From: the human T2T-CHM13v2.0 reference genome, Homo sapiens
Assembly (NCBI RefSeq): GCF_009914755.1
Contig: NC_060928.1
Direction: 5' to 3' (one strand)
DNA length: 64,000 bases
This document shows positions 33,359 through 51,532 of the stretch, piece by piece. The notes under the pieces were generated by a model. That model worked only from the letters and a program-made list of their open reading frames with translations, was not told where the DNA came from and made no database searches. Numbering within the stretch: the first letter of the stretch is position 1; each line of letters begins with the position of its first letter. A program made the translations under genes and the position numbers.

Positions 33359-34031
33359 TATAAGTTTTCATCTTTTTAGAAATAAAAAGGCTTAAAAAAC
33401 AAAATGGTTGCAAAAATGGTTAAGTAGTTTTGTTATATCCTAATTGCTTAGGTGTGCTCTGTAAATTCCAAATAAGTAAAATAATATAAAAATACATTTT
33501 CATATCTTTATAGAACAAAAACAAAACATTAAATGCTTTTGGATTTTCTTTACTCCTCCCACAGATGAGTTCACAAATACAAAAACTGGTGTACATTTAT
33601 ACTCAAGTACAAATCTCCAACAGCCAAGTAATTATAGTTTGTTCTGTTATGTGCAAAGTAGATTATTTCATATTTACTTGGTATGGAAAGCAGAGTACAG
33701 GCTCAATGGACAATAATCATTAAACACAGATTATGTTTAAGAAAATGCTGTTGTAAAAATGTACAATAGTACATACAATTTTGGTAATTATGCACTTCTT
33801 TTAAAGTAAATACAGCTTTTAGATATAAATCTTTCAAAGGTTTTCTTTGAAGAGCTGTGAGGTGACTATTTCAGATTTGATGAACAGTAATTTGTCAGTA
33901 AACTTCTCAAAAAACCAATCCAAGAAAGAATTGTTTTCTTTTTCCCTCCATGTGGTCGGTTTCATTCTTAAGGAAGGTCTGATGCAGTAAGAAGATGCAT
34001 TTCACAAACCTTTACACAAGTTTGTGAACTG

Positions 34032-34160
34032 TCAACTAAAGACACCACCTCTGATGTGGATGGTTTCATTCAATCCATGTTCGACCAGCTTTATATCTTC
34101 TAGATCGTCTTTAATGATGCTAATCAAATGGCTAAGGCCTTCCTGTTGTTGTTTCAAATG
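34032..34160 (-). CDS. NUP54: NUP54 exon 12 (last coding) HLKQQQEG...IRGGVFS-TGA
   Basis: ttctag| acceptor; stop TGA at 34034-34032. Confidence 0.95.
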   Translation of the reverse strand, partial: HLKQQQEGLSHLISIIKDDLEDIKLVEHGLNETIHIRGGVFS

Positions 34161-35574
34161 CTAGAACAAATTAAGAAACAACATATTAATGTATTAATTT
34201 CTTAAAACTGCAAGCTAGTCACAGGAAAAAAGACTCCACTTTGACTATTTTACTAGCAACACAGTACCTAGTAAGTGCTCTAAATATAGAGGGCATGCAT
34301 ATTTAAACATTTGTACTACATCTTTTGCTAACAGTGAAAGACAAACTCTAAAGAACAATAAAATCAAACAAATATATAATGAACAATATCTTCCAACAAA
34401 AATGTTTTTTAGATAGCTATTCCTTTTACCAACTTTTGATAAAGGCATGATAATAAAACAGAACTCAAAGGAGGTATTCAAATATAGATGACTAGCAAAA
34501 TAACATTCTGAAAACTGAGAATATTCATGTTTTGAAGTACAAAGTACATAGTGATAATGGTGGTGATGACTACAGATGCTAACATTTTTTTAAGACTCCT
34601 CCTCATGGGTTAAGGTGCTGTTTTAACAGTACTGGTATTCACTCACTTAACTCATTTAAAATCCTTTTGAGCCCCCTTTGGGGTACCATTATCATCTCGA
34701 CAGTTAAAGAAACTACAGGTAAATAACCTGCCCAAGGTCATAAAGTAGATGGTGAACCATGATTCAATCCCAAAACAATACACTGCTCATAATTTTAAAA
34801 AAGACAGGTGTTTAAATTATTCCCAGTTTTATTGCATATATCAACTCTATTTAATACAACTATTTATTTCAATATACTGGAACCTGTTAATTTATTGCAA
34901 ATACTTAAAACAATGGAATATAATTGGTTATGTGTGTAATATCCAAGAACCTGGAAGCCAAAGTAGTTTTTGGTTGCATAAAACCAGCCATATCCATTCT
35001 AACATAATAAAATTGGATTTGTTGATGACATTTATAATCTTTATCTAAAATCCTCAGGGCCATGCCAACAGTCATTAGCTACCTAGTATGTTCCACAAAG
35101 TTCATCATCTTCATATATTTTCTTTAGATACAACTGTTCATTTTCATTAAACCAATCTGCATTTATACTAATGAAAATAAGCCAAAGCAGTGTTTCCCAA
35201 CTTTTTCACACAATGTGAAAACCCTAGAAAAGTGGTTGGAGGTTCTGGCCACCTCAACCTACCTCCATCCAGATCTCCTGAGAGCTTAGGGGACAGATCA
35301 ATAACCAAATGTTTATAACTTACATGCGACATATAGGCAGGGAAGGTATTATCTAGAGCAGTTGCTTCTCAAACTTTAAAGTGCATACAAATCATTCTAT
35401 GATCTTGATAAAATGCAGATTGAGTACGTCTGGAGTAAGGACTGAAATTTTGCATTTCTAATGACCTTCCAGTTGCGGCTACTACCTACACTTTAAGGAG
35501 CAAGGTCTAGGAAACTTTAGTGTCTCTACTACCTCTAAATTCATCTTTTTGGCGAGGAGAGGGATAATTCACTT

Positions 35575-36290
35575 TTTTAAACAGTGGCAAAACAGGCATA
35601 CCATAAAATTTTGCCTGTAACTATTTTTAAGTATACAGTTCAGTGGCATTAGGTACATTTATGCTGTTGTGCAATAATCAACACTATCCACTTTGTTTAG
35701 AACTTTTCATCTTCTCAAGTTGAAATTCTGTACCAGTTAAGTTCCTCCCATCCCCTCCTCCCCTCACACCCTGGCAACCACCTTTCTACTCTCTATTAAT
35801 TGGACTACTAGGTACTTTTCATAAGTGAAATCATAAATATTTCCCTTTTATGAGTGGCTTATTTCATGAAGCATAACTTCTTCAAGGTCAAATTGCATTG
35901 TAGCATGTGTCAGAATTTCATTCTTTTTTCAAGGCTGAATAATATTCCATTGTGTGTCTATATACTACATTTTGTTTCTCTATTCTTTGATTGATTCTTG
36001 GGTTATCTCCACATTTTGACTATTGTGAATAAAGATGCTATGAACATGGGTGTACAAATATGTTTTGAGTCCCTGCTTCCAACGTACTTGGGTATATATC
36101 CAGAAGTAGACCTGCTAGATCATATCGTAATTCTATCTTTAATTTTTTGAGTAAACACTACACTGTTTTCCATAGAGGCTGAACCATTTTACATTCCCCC
36201 AACAGTGCAAGAAAGTTCCAATTTCTCCACATTCTCACTAACACTTTTCTTATTAGGATAATAGCCATCCTAATAGGTGTGAAGTGGTGA
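35575..36290 (-). mobile_element. L1MB-type 3' end
   Basis: aaggctgaataatattccattgtg, atagccatcctaataggtgtgaagtgg. Confidence 0.75.
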
Positions 36291-36329
36291 GCTCACACTT
36301 TAAATAATGCAGCCTCATGCAACACTTAC

Positions 36330-36440
36330 CTGCTTGATTTCTCGTAACAGATCTGCATCTATGTAATACCTTTCTTCAGATCTGACTGCTCCAAAATGAT
36401 TCTGCATCCTGATTTGAGACATCAATTCATTTAGTCGGCC
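36330..36440 (-). CDS. NUP54: NUP54 exon 11 GRLNELMSQIRMQ...REIKQ
   Basis: ttttag| and |gtaagt; 111 nt. Confidence 0.95.
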
Positions 36441-36740
36441 CTAAAAGTTAAGACTGAGTCAAATTACAACTGCCGACGAAGACTTGTAAAAGACAATGTT
36501 TTCTTCTGAAAGGATGGTTTCAAAACCATCTATTAAAAATTTCTATTTCTCTCTCTGTACATTATATTCGAAACACTAATACTAGCCAAAAGAACCATGA
36601 CTGAGTTTACTTTAGAAAGGAAGTTCTAATTGGAGATAAGAAACACAAGTATACAAAATTCCTGCTTGAAGATTACATAACTTTTTGTCTGCAGATCCAC
36701 CTGAAACAAATTTTAGAATTATGGTCTTAGAAGTGGTTAC

Positions 36741-36860
36741 CTTGAACTGAGTAGGTGCATTTAGTTCACCCTGAATCGTATCCAGCTGAACTCGCAACTG
36801 CTCTTCATCAGCCTGAATGGCATAACCACTCTTCCTTTGAATTTCCTGTTTGATTAGGAC
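36741..36860 (-). CDS. NUP54: NUP54 exon 10 VLIKQEIQRKSG...APTQFK
   Basis: gtatag| and |gtaacc; 120 nt. Confidence 0.95.
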
Positions 36861-37061
36861 CTATACAAATAAAAACCACCAATAACAACAGAATCATCTC
36901 TTTTTAGTTATGCAAGTAGTAGTAGTACAATTAGTTACTGAAAGAAATCAGCTGAAAATCAAACAACAGTAGGGTTCAACAGTTCAGGATTTGAATTATG
37001 TTTCTGTCCATTTTAACTAGGCAAAAGTTATCATATAAATACAATGATATAGACTTAATTG

Positions 37062-37361
37062 TTTTTTTTGAGACAGGGTCTTGCTCTGTCTCCCAGGCTG
37101 AAGTGCAGTGGCGTAAACACAGCTCACTCCTTGACCTCTGTGGCTCAAGTGATCCTCCTGCCTCAGCTCCTGAGTAGCTGGGACCACAGGTGTGCACCAC
37201 CGCACCTGGTTACATTTTTTAATTTTTTTGTGGCGGGGTGGGGGGGGGGGTCTCACTATGTGGCCCAGGCTGGTCTTGAACTCCTGGGCTTAATTAAGTG
37301 ATCCTCTAGCCTTGGCCTCCCAGAGTGCTGGGTTTACAGGTGTGAGCCACTTTGCCAAGCC
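37062..37361 (-). mobile_element. AluJ
   Basis: Antisense dimer. Confidence 0.88.
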
Positions 37362-37388
37362 AACAATTTTAAAACTATGGTATGGCTT

Positions 37389-37687
37389 GGCCGGGCGCGG
37401 TGGCTCACACCTGTAATCCCAGCACTTTGGGAGGACAAGGCGGGTGGATCAAGAGGTCAGGAGATTGAGACCATCCTGGCTAACATGATGAAACCCCGTC
37501 TCTACTAAAAATACAAAAAATTAGCCGGACGTTGATGGTGCACGCCTGTAGTCCCAGCTACTCGGGAGGCTGAGGCAGGAGAATGGCGGAAAACCCGGGA
37601 GGCAGAGCTTGCAGTGAGCCTAGATCGCGCCACTGCACTCCAGCCTGGGCAACAGAGCGAGACTCTGTCTCAAAAAACAGACAAACA
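37389..37687 (+). mobile_element. AluY-like
   Basis: Y diagnostics (catcctggctaaca, gagaatggcg, gagcttgcag); 18-bp TSD AAAACTATGGTATGGCTT. Confidence 0.9.
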
Positions 37688-38053
37688 AAAACTATGGTAT
37701 GGCTTAAAAGCAGTACAAAAAAATAGACAACATAATACCAGTTTCAGACATTTACTCACAGCCTTTCCAAATAAAGTGTTCTTTAAAGATGAGTTTATAA
37801 TATTTAGGTCTAAAAATTATTTCTTGGATTTTTTTTGAGATTACAAAAGCAAAATGTACTTGTTAAGAAACAATACGAGAATGTAAAAGACAAATTTTCT
37901 CTCATACCCCCAAGACAAATAGTGCTAACTGATGTTTATTCCCCTGTACCTTTCTCCTTGCTCATCATACAGAGAGAGCACACACACACAGATCCAAAAT
38001 AAAACTAAACTGTATATATCACTCTGTGACATGGTTCCTTTTTTTGGTTGTTG

Positions 38054-42480
<4,427 letters not shown>

Positions 42481-43315
42481 CATGCAGTATCTTCTTATTC
42501 TGTTTTGTATATCTACGGTGATGCCTCTTTTCCCACTACTAATTTTGTATATTTTACTCTGTTTTTCCCTTCTTCCAGCTGATGAGATGCTTAGTAATTT
42601 TAACGGTCTTTTCAAAGAAACAGTTTTTTAATTTATTCTTTCCACTATTACATTTTTTAGTCTTTCACTAATTTCACATTTATCTTTCTTTCTTTTTAGT
42701 TTCTTTTGGCTTATCTTGATATTCCTTTTCTAATTTAACATGAGTACTAAGTTCCTTTATTTTTCACATTTGATTTTTTTAAATGAGAATTTTTTATGGC
42801 TGTAAGTTTTCCTCTGAGTACAGATTTTGCTGTTTCCCACTGGTTCTGGTATGTAATATTTCTGTTTTCATGATAGTTTATAATTTCAGTTGTTATTATT
42901 CTTTTAATTCCTCCTGTTAATTTGGAAATTCTATTGTTTTTCGACCATTATGGTTACACTCCTTTTTCTAGCACTCAAAAAATTTTCTGAACTATTTTAT
43001 GAAACTATTTTATGAAATTTATGAGACATCAATAATCTCACAGAAGCTTCCCTTGCACTAAGATGCTTTATTTCTTCACTGCTTTCCCTCAAACTGTCAC
43101 TAAAATACGAACTTTAGGATATTTTTATTCTCCTCACTCAAACCTATGAGACTTGTTTTCCAATTTCAAAGTTTTACTGAAAGAATTCGGTACTTGTAAT
43201 TTCACATTATTCTTTCATTTTAGTATTTTTTTTTCTATTTTAAAAATCTATATTTAGTACATTATTTCACACACATAGTCTTATAAACACTGGGGGGGAA
43301 AATCCAAATTACTAC

Positions 43316-43423
43316 CTGTAAAGTTCTATGGGAAAGATCCATGAGTTTCCTCTTGTATTGTGCAATTTTGGCTACAGATGTAGTTTGATTCTTTTGTAGC
43401 TCACTAATATCTTCAGATATGAT
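43316..43423 (-). CDS. NUP54: NUP54 exon 9 IISEDISELQKN...SHRTLQ (coiled coil)
   Basis: aaacag| and |gtagta; 108 nt. Confidence 0.95.
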
Positions 43424-43674
43424 CTGTTTAAAAAAAAATTGGGGGGGGGAGGGTTAATCAAATATCACAACTATTTATCAGTTACACCTGTATGGAAATT
43501 CTAATCTTGGGATAAGCCTGAGATTCATCTCTCAAAATATAAACTCTTTCCCTATAAATCTGTGCTTTATATTTCTTCCCTTTTTACATACCTAAAATTT
43601 TTTTAAAAGAATCATGCAAAGATATCTTTAGAGCTCTAGGAAATTTAGCAATGAGGCAATACATAGAAAAAATA

Positions 43675-43982
43675 AGCTGGGCGTGGTGGCTCACACCTGT
43701 AATCCCACCACTTTGGGAGGACGAGGCAGGCAAATTACTTAAGGTCAGGAGTTCAAGACCAGCCTGGCCAACATAGTGAAACCCCGTCTCTACTAAAAAT
43801 ACAAAGAAGTAGCTGGGTGTGGTGGCATGCACCTGTAATCCCAGCTACTTGGAAGGCTGATGCAGGAGAATCACTTAAACCTGGGGGATGGAGCCGAGAT
43901 CGTGCCACTGCACTCCAGCCTGGGCAACAGAGTGAAACTCCATCTCACAGAAACAAAAAACAAAAAACAGAGTGAGACTCCA

Positions 43983-44018
<36 letters not shown>

Positions 44019-44585
44019 CTGGGCACAGTGGGTCACTCCTGTAATCCTAGCACTTTGGGAGGCCAAGGCAAGAGGAGTGCTTGAGACCAGGATTTTGAGA
44101 CAAGCTTGGGCAAAATGGCAAGACCTTGTCTCTACAAAAAATATAAAAAATTAACCAGGTGTAGTGCTACATGCCTGTAATCCCAGCTCCTTAGGAGGCT
44201 GAGGTGGGAGGATCACTTGAGCCCAGGAGTTTGAGGTTGCAGTGAGCCGTGATCATGCCACTGCACTCCAGCATGGGCAAGAGGGAGAGGGAGAGGGGGA
44301 GAGGGGGAGAGGGGGAGAGGGAGAGAGGGGGAGAGAGGGAGAGAGGGAGAGGGAGAGAGGGAGAAGAGGGAGAAGAGGGAGAGAGGGGGAGAGAGAGGGA
44401 GAAGAGGGAGAGAGGGGGAGAGGGGGAGAGGGGGAGAGAGGGAGAGAGGGGGAGAGAGGGAGAGGGAGAGAGAGGGAGAAGAGGGAGAAAGGGGGAGAGA
44501 GGGAGAGAGGGAGAGAGGGGGAGGGGGAGGGAGAGAGAGAGACAGAGAGAGAGGGAGAGACCTATCTCAAAAGGAAAAAAAGAAA
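43675..44585 (+). mobile_element. Tandem Alus (43675-43968, 44017-44585) separated by (CA)n
   Basis: Alu matches; (CA)16 at 43984-44016. Confidence 0.88.
44279..44560 (+). repeat. GA-rich polypurine tract
   Basis: Only G and A from 44279 to 44542. Confidence 0.97.
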
Positions 44586-45815
44586 ACACATACTTCAGAA
44601 ATAATTAAGGAATCTGAAGTAACATGGAATACAGCCAACAACCAGGTCTGAGTGGAAAAAGTTAAGATGTGTAAGATGATATCTAGGGGGTGTCTTAATA
44701 GACAATTAGCCCTGTATCTAACTACTGACAGCAAGTACAGTACATTTCAACATTAACTGTTACAGAATACTTGGAGGGAGTAATCAGAGTGCAGAGGAAA
44801 AGGAATGATATTAATTATGCAGCAGGATACATTTTTATGCCTCTGGATCTTTGACTTGCTGTTTTACCTGACTGAAATCCCACTATTCTGCCTTAGGAAG
44901 TCTTAACCTTACAGGGTAGGTTAAAATCTCACTATTTTATTAAAGCATCCCAATCAGAATTAATCCCATAATTGTCTCTATCATAATTAATCATTCTATG
45001 CCACTGGCTTACATTTACATGTTACAAGAAAGAGGTTAAGATTGTGCAAGACATATTTTAGCACATCCACCTGCACACATCACCTTTTACAGAAACTTTC
45101 CAATGCCAGGCCATGCTGAAAGGACAAAATTAGGTGGCCATGTTTTATATTACAAAACCTAGGCAATCTCCCCATCCCAATTTTGAAAAATCACCAGGGT
45201 TTTTAGATACAAGAGTACTTACAACATTATTTTCTACCAGTAATAACTAAAAAAATTAGACATGTTATCAGCCACAGTATTTATTAACAAATACTAAAAC
45301 CATCTAGGAATTGATCCAAGAAAGCCATCTAGGAATTGATCCAAGAAAGAACGCATGAGATTTTAAAAGGGAATATTTTAAAATTATTTTAAAGGACATA
45401 AAAGACTGCAAGGATTAAAGAGACATACCACATTCATGGATGAAATGATTTAATATTAAAATTCAATTCCCACAAATTAGTCTTTGCATTTAATGCAATT
45501 CCAACCATAATTCTAGCATTCTGACAAATTGATTCTAAAGTTTTTATGGAAGAATAAAGACCCATAAAGACCCAGAAAACTTTGAAAAGAAGAACCAAGA
45601 TTAGAGATTCATGCTACTAGATATTAAGATACACTACAAAGCCATAAGACTAAAAAAATGTGGAATGGGTGGGTATAAGAACAGACCAACTGGCCAATGA
45701 AACATAAGAGAGGGTCTAGAAATAGATCACATATATATATGCAAACAGTGTAATTTAAATTCTTTGATAATCATTGAGGAATATCATATTTTTATAGGCA
45801 ATATTAAAAATATAG

Positions 45816-46119
<304 letters not shown>

Positions 46120-46815
46120 TGGACCCACTATTTAGAGAAAAATAAATCTGAGTTCATACCACATACTTTATATAAAGGTAAACTTCATGATGACAACAAA
46201 AGACTCAAACGTGAAAGGTTAAACTCTAAATTTTTTTTAATGTAGGATACTCTCAGACTTTGGGGTGAAAAATTATTTAAGCAAATTCCCAAAAAGAAAA
46301 TACAAGGCAAACATTTAATGGATATCATTACATTAAAATTAAGGATTTCTCTTCAACTACAGACACCAAAGACAGAATTAACAAAGAGATGAGAAACTAG
46401 AAGATATTTACAACGTTATAAACAGAGACTACAATCTAGAGTAAATGATTACTGAAGTTCAATAAAGAAAAAATAGGAAGCCCAGTGGAAACACTGGCCA
46501 AAGATATGAATGATTTCAGTTCTGGACAAGATGGACTAAGCATATACAACCCCAATCTCTCCCATTTAATATAGCTATAAAACTTGGATGGAATACACGG
46601 GGCAGCTATTTGGGAACTCTGGCAGGAAGATCAGGTAAGATAGGAATTTAAAGTACCAATAAACTTGTGGTGAGTTTACCCATTTTTCCCCTCAGGCGTC
46701 CCTAGTCTGGTTTCAACCCAGCCTCAAACCTGGAAATGAGCATAAATGCTGAAAGGGAGCTCCAAGGGAAGTCTGCTAGTTATAGTGGGAGGAGATACAT
46801 CGTATTACCTAGAGA

Positions 46816-47010
46816 AAGGTTTCTCAACTTCAGCACTATTAATCTTGGGTAATTCCTTGTTGTGGGAGTACTGTTCTGTACACTGCAGAATGTGTGCAGC
46901 ATCTGGGCCTCTACACATTAGACGCCTGTAGTACTCCCCAACCAAGAGTCTCCAGACATTGCCAAATGTGCTCTGGGAGACAAAATCACCACCACCACCA
47001 CAAGCCACTA
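46816..47010 (-). mobile_element. MER20
   Basis: ggtttctcaacttcagcactatt...tctccagacattgccaaatg. Confidence 0.7.
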
Positions 47011-47329
47011 CTAAGAAGTACTGCTCTAAGACTTGAAATAATAGATTAAAAGGAAATGCTGAAAAAAAAAAAAAAGTCCAAATAACTCAAAAGAAAGCAG
47101 AAAAGTAGAAACAGGAATGAAAAACAGAGGCTACAAACACAAAACAAATAAATGGTAGGACTAAATCCAAACTTTTTGCTGTCTACAAGAATCTCGCTTC
47201 AAATATAACAATATAGGTAGGTTAAAAGCAAAAAGATGGACAAAGGTATGCCATACAAACACTTTTTATCAAAAGAAAGGTAGCGTGGCTATGTTAACAC
47301 CAGACAAAGACTTCTGAGTGTCTTGAGTA

Positions 47330-47890
47330 AGTGTCCATGAACAGATGAATGGATAAAGAAAACATGGTGTGTATGTGTACACATATATACACACACAATA
47401 GAATACTATTTAATCATGAAAAAGAATGAAGTGCTACCATTTGCAGCAACATAGATGAACTTGGAAGACATTTTGTTAAGTGAAATAAGCCACGTGCAGA
47501 AAGATAAATTCTGCATGTTCTCACTCATATGTGGAAGCTAAAAAAAGTTGATTTAGTAGAAGAAAAGAGTAGAATAGTGGCTACTAGAGGTGGAGAAAGA
47601 GTAGGAGTAGGGAACTGCCAAAGGTTGCTTAACAGATACAAAAGTACAGCTGGATAGGAGGATTAAGTTCCAGTGTTCTATAGCACTATAGGTAACTATA
47701 ATTCACAACCATTTATTGTGTTTCAAATAGCTATAGGAGTGAATTTCCCATGATACCAACAAATGATAAATGTATGGGGTAATGGATATGCTAATTACTT
47801 TATTTGATCATTACACACTATATCCATGTATTGAATTATCACACTATGCCCCATAAATATGTAGTTATGTATCGATTAAAAACAATAAAA
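47330..47890 (+). mobile_element. L1MA 3' end within further L1 sequence
   Basis: gatgaatggataaagaaaa...catttgcagcaacatagatgaacttggaagac. Confidence 0.8.
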
Positions 47891-48247
47891 GAAAAGGCCA
47901 TTAGAGAAGATTTAAAACTTACCGAGGATTAAGAGGGATATGATATAATAATAAAAGGTAAATTTGCCAAGAAAACACAACAATCCTATATAACAACAGC
48001 CCTTCAAACTATTAATACATGAAGCAAAAACTGAGAAATGAAAGGAGAAAAACACAAATCCGTAAGTGTTGCTGTAGATTTCAAATCTCTTCTCAAACTA
48101 GCAGACAGAAAAAACAACAAGAATACAGAACTGAGCAATACTATCAACCAACTGGATCTCACTGACATTAATAGAAAACTTCACCCAAGGACTGCAGAAT
48201 ACACATTATTTTCATAGGCTCCTGGGTTATAAAACCTCAGCAAAGTT

Positions 48248-48553
48248 GGCCGGGCGCAGTGGCTCACGCCTGTAACCCTAGCACTTTCGGGAGGCCGAGA
48301 TGGGTGGATCACGAGGTCAGGAGATCGAGACCATCCTGGTTAACACGGTGAAACCCCGTCTCTACTAAAAATACAAAAAATTAGCCGGGCGTGGTGGCAG
48401 GCGCCTGTAGTCCCAGCTACTCCGGAGGCTGAGGAAGGAGAATGGCGTGAACTCAGGAGGTGGAGCTTGCAGCGAGCCTAGATCGCGCCACTGTGCTCCA
48501 GCCTGGGCGACAGAGCGAGAGACGTCTCAAAAAAAAAAAAAAAAAAAAAAAAA
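48248..48553 (+). mobile_element. AluY
   Basis: Y diagnostics; TSD AAAACCT(C/T)AGCAAAGTT. Confidence 0.92.
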
Positions 48554-48614
48554 CCTTAGCAAAGTTAAAAGAATTGAAATCATAGAAATTTCTCTGACCT
48601 TTAAGAATCTTTAA

Positions 48615-48912
<298 letters not shown>

Positions 48913-49327
48913 TAAAAAAGTCTACTTTATGAAATAAAATATTAAGTATATTTAAGCATTAATTTTATCAACATACAATAATATACCAAGACAATTATAT
49001 GTCAACATAAAATAATCATTACTATAACCTTCATTTTCATAAGGCCCCATAAATAATAATATGCAATCCCTGGCTGAAACTGGAAATGACAGTCTAATTA
49101 ATCCACTAAGACAAGAATTCTAAATTCATTATTATATCAAATCAGATTCATGTGATTTGGGGACTTCTATCATAAAGAAGGTAGTTGTATAAAACTATTA
49201 AATTGCAGTGTATGCTACATTGTTTCCTGATTAAGATAAAACAGTAGCACATATACTAAAAAGAATTAAATGTCTATAATCCCTTTCCCTACTTCCAGGG
49301 CCAGGGAATAAAAAGCTAAATGCTTAC

Positions 49328-49421
49328 ATCTAATCTGGTTTGATGCTGCTTAGTCATCTGATCTTGAACCTTCAGTCTTCGGAGAAGTTCCTTAAAACCC
49401 ACCATTGGTACAGGAATTAAC
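49328..49421 (-). CDS. NUP54: NUP54 exon 8 LIPVPMVGFKELLRRLKVQDQMTKQHQTRLD
   Basis: cttcag| and |gtaagc; 94 nt. Confidence 0.95.
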
Positions 49422-49901
49422 CTGAAGAAACGCAGTGAACAATTTTCAGACCTTAAGCCTATTACTACAAAATACAAGAAGTGAAGGTTTTAGTAACACT
49501 CATGTAATTTTACATCAACTTTCTAGGGCTCTAAGGCAGATCTATGACTATGAGATAACCATGTTATACCAAAGAGATTTTATTCAACCTCCCTATTTTA
49601 CAAATGAGGAAATACAGTTCAGTCAAAACATTACATTATTAAATGAAAACGCAAATAGAATTTTCCGCTCCTAGTTAGTTCTCACTATGCTATGCTGCCT
49701 TACCATAATCTTTTTTTTTCTTATTTTTTTCTTTTTGTTTTGGCTGAAGCTTTAGCTGGACAATAATCAATATTTTTTAAAGGCCAGGAAAATGAAAATA
49801 AACTTGTCTCATATGTAAGAATTATAATTAATAGCTCCCATGTTTGCTTTCCTAGTAGCAAATATTAGTTCTTAAATGAAACAAGATGAAGACATACTTA
49901 C

Positions 49902-49956
49902 TTTTCAGAATCAGGGTTATCTACCTTGGCCTGTTCCCAGATAATAGGATCAACAC
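49902..49956 (-). CDS. NUP54: NUP54 exon 7 VDPIIWEQAKVDNPDSE
   Basis: ggtag| and |gtaagt; 55 nt. Confidence 0.95.
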
Positions 49957-51194
49957 CTACCACAAATAAAAAATATTTTTTCTAAAACAATTTTCTATTT
50001 TTATAATATGTGTATGACAAAGGCTTTCCTAAAGCAAGACCCTATACCTAGAAGCTATAATGAAAAGTGACTGTCAAATATAATCATGGTAAAAATACAA
50101 ATTTTTGCAGAATAAATAAAGTTCAAAAAAAGCACAGATTGAAAGGAACTATCTATAACCTATAGGATAATAGATTAACCTCCAGAATATAGAAAGAGTT
50201 CCTATACATCAAAAAGGAAGACAAAAAAATCTAGAAAATGGGCAAAGGACACAAATAGGTAACTCACAAAAAATATAAATGTAGCTAATAAACATATTAA
50301 AAATAAGTATTAATTTTTAAATTAATTATTTTGCCATCAGTGGCCAGAAAAAATAACATTCCTGTTATGAATATAAACGGTAGAACTTTCCCTGGAGGGC
50401 AATTTGGCAATATCTAACATACATAATATTGACTCAAAAATTTCATTACCAGAGATCTATTCTAAAGAAATATATACCAATGTGTTCTAAGACATGTTTA
50501 CAAGGATATTGTTAATTACTGTACAGTTTATAATAGTAAAAAGAAAACAACTTAGAGGTGTTAAGTAAAGGTGTATCCATGGAATACTATGCAATGTTTA
50601 AATACAGTAAGATTTATCTTCATGTATTGACATGAAAAGTGCTAAGGAATACTGTAAAAAGGCAAGCTGAAGGTGTATATGGAGAATCCTTTTTTAAAAG
50701 ATCTACATGTAAATATGCTTACATTTCAAATCACAGATAAAGGATTAAACATAGTACCATAAATTGACAGTAGTTACTTCCGGGGAAAGGAACTAAAGGT
50801 AATCTATCACATAGTCAATCTAGTTATGCCATCCAGAATATTTTACAGTTAGAATACATTCAGGTTTTACTTGAATATTCAGTTAAAATGAGATAAGCTA
50901 GAAAAAAATAAGCCAAAATTTTACTAGTAAATTACCTTTGGGTAGATGGATTATGGACTATTTTTCTTCAGTTCACTATTTCTCAAAATTTCTATTTTAA
51001 CATATACATATTAGCTATATAATAAAAAACTAAATGAATACAAATATTCAAAACTATTTCCCAAATAAGTAGATATATGACAAGATGATACTAATTTTAT
51101 TAGCATTAATAACCAACCAACACCTCTGAAATACGGGGAGTGTTTAGTTCTAAATCTTTCTTTTTTTTTGAACTCTGTGATTCTAGAAACATAC

Positions 51195-51391
51195 CAGCAG
51201 GAGGATTCTGTAAAAGCTGTTTGATCTGTGCAGGAGAAAGTTCTGTTCTAGTCATAGAAAGGGTTACACCAAGTTGCTGCAATTGTGTTTTTATATTGGC
51301 TTGTTCAAAATGGGCATATAGCGTTGTAGCTGGAACTCTTCTTGAAGTACCATTTGGCGAACGCTCAACAACATAAATAACAACTTCTGTC
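51195..51391 (-). CDS. NUP54: NUP54 exon 6 TEVVIYVVERS...QNPPA
   Basis: cttcag| and |gtatgt; 197 nt. Confidence 0.95.
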
Positions 51392-51532
51392 CTGAAGGAA
51401 GAATAACCAATTTATAAAATATGGAGCACAAAACTCATAGCGACAAACCTCAGCATATCATAGCATGTGATTTCAGAAGGGTTTAAGTTGAATTCAGAAA
51501 TGGTTGTTTTAGGAGGCAATTAAAATGTTTCC

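Noticed and set aside
44191-44608. Long low-complexity ORFs (RE/GE- and SLP-rich)
   Set aside because: Translations of the GA tract and the surrounding Alu
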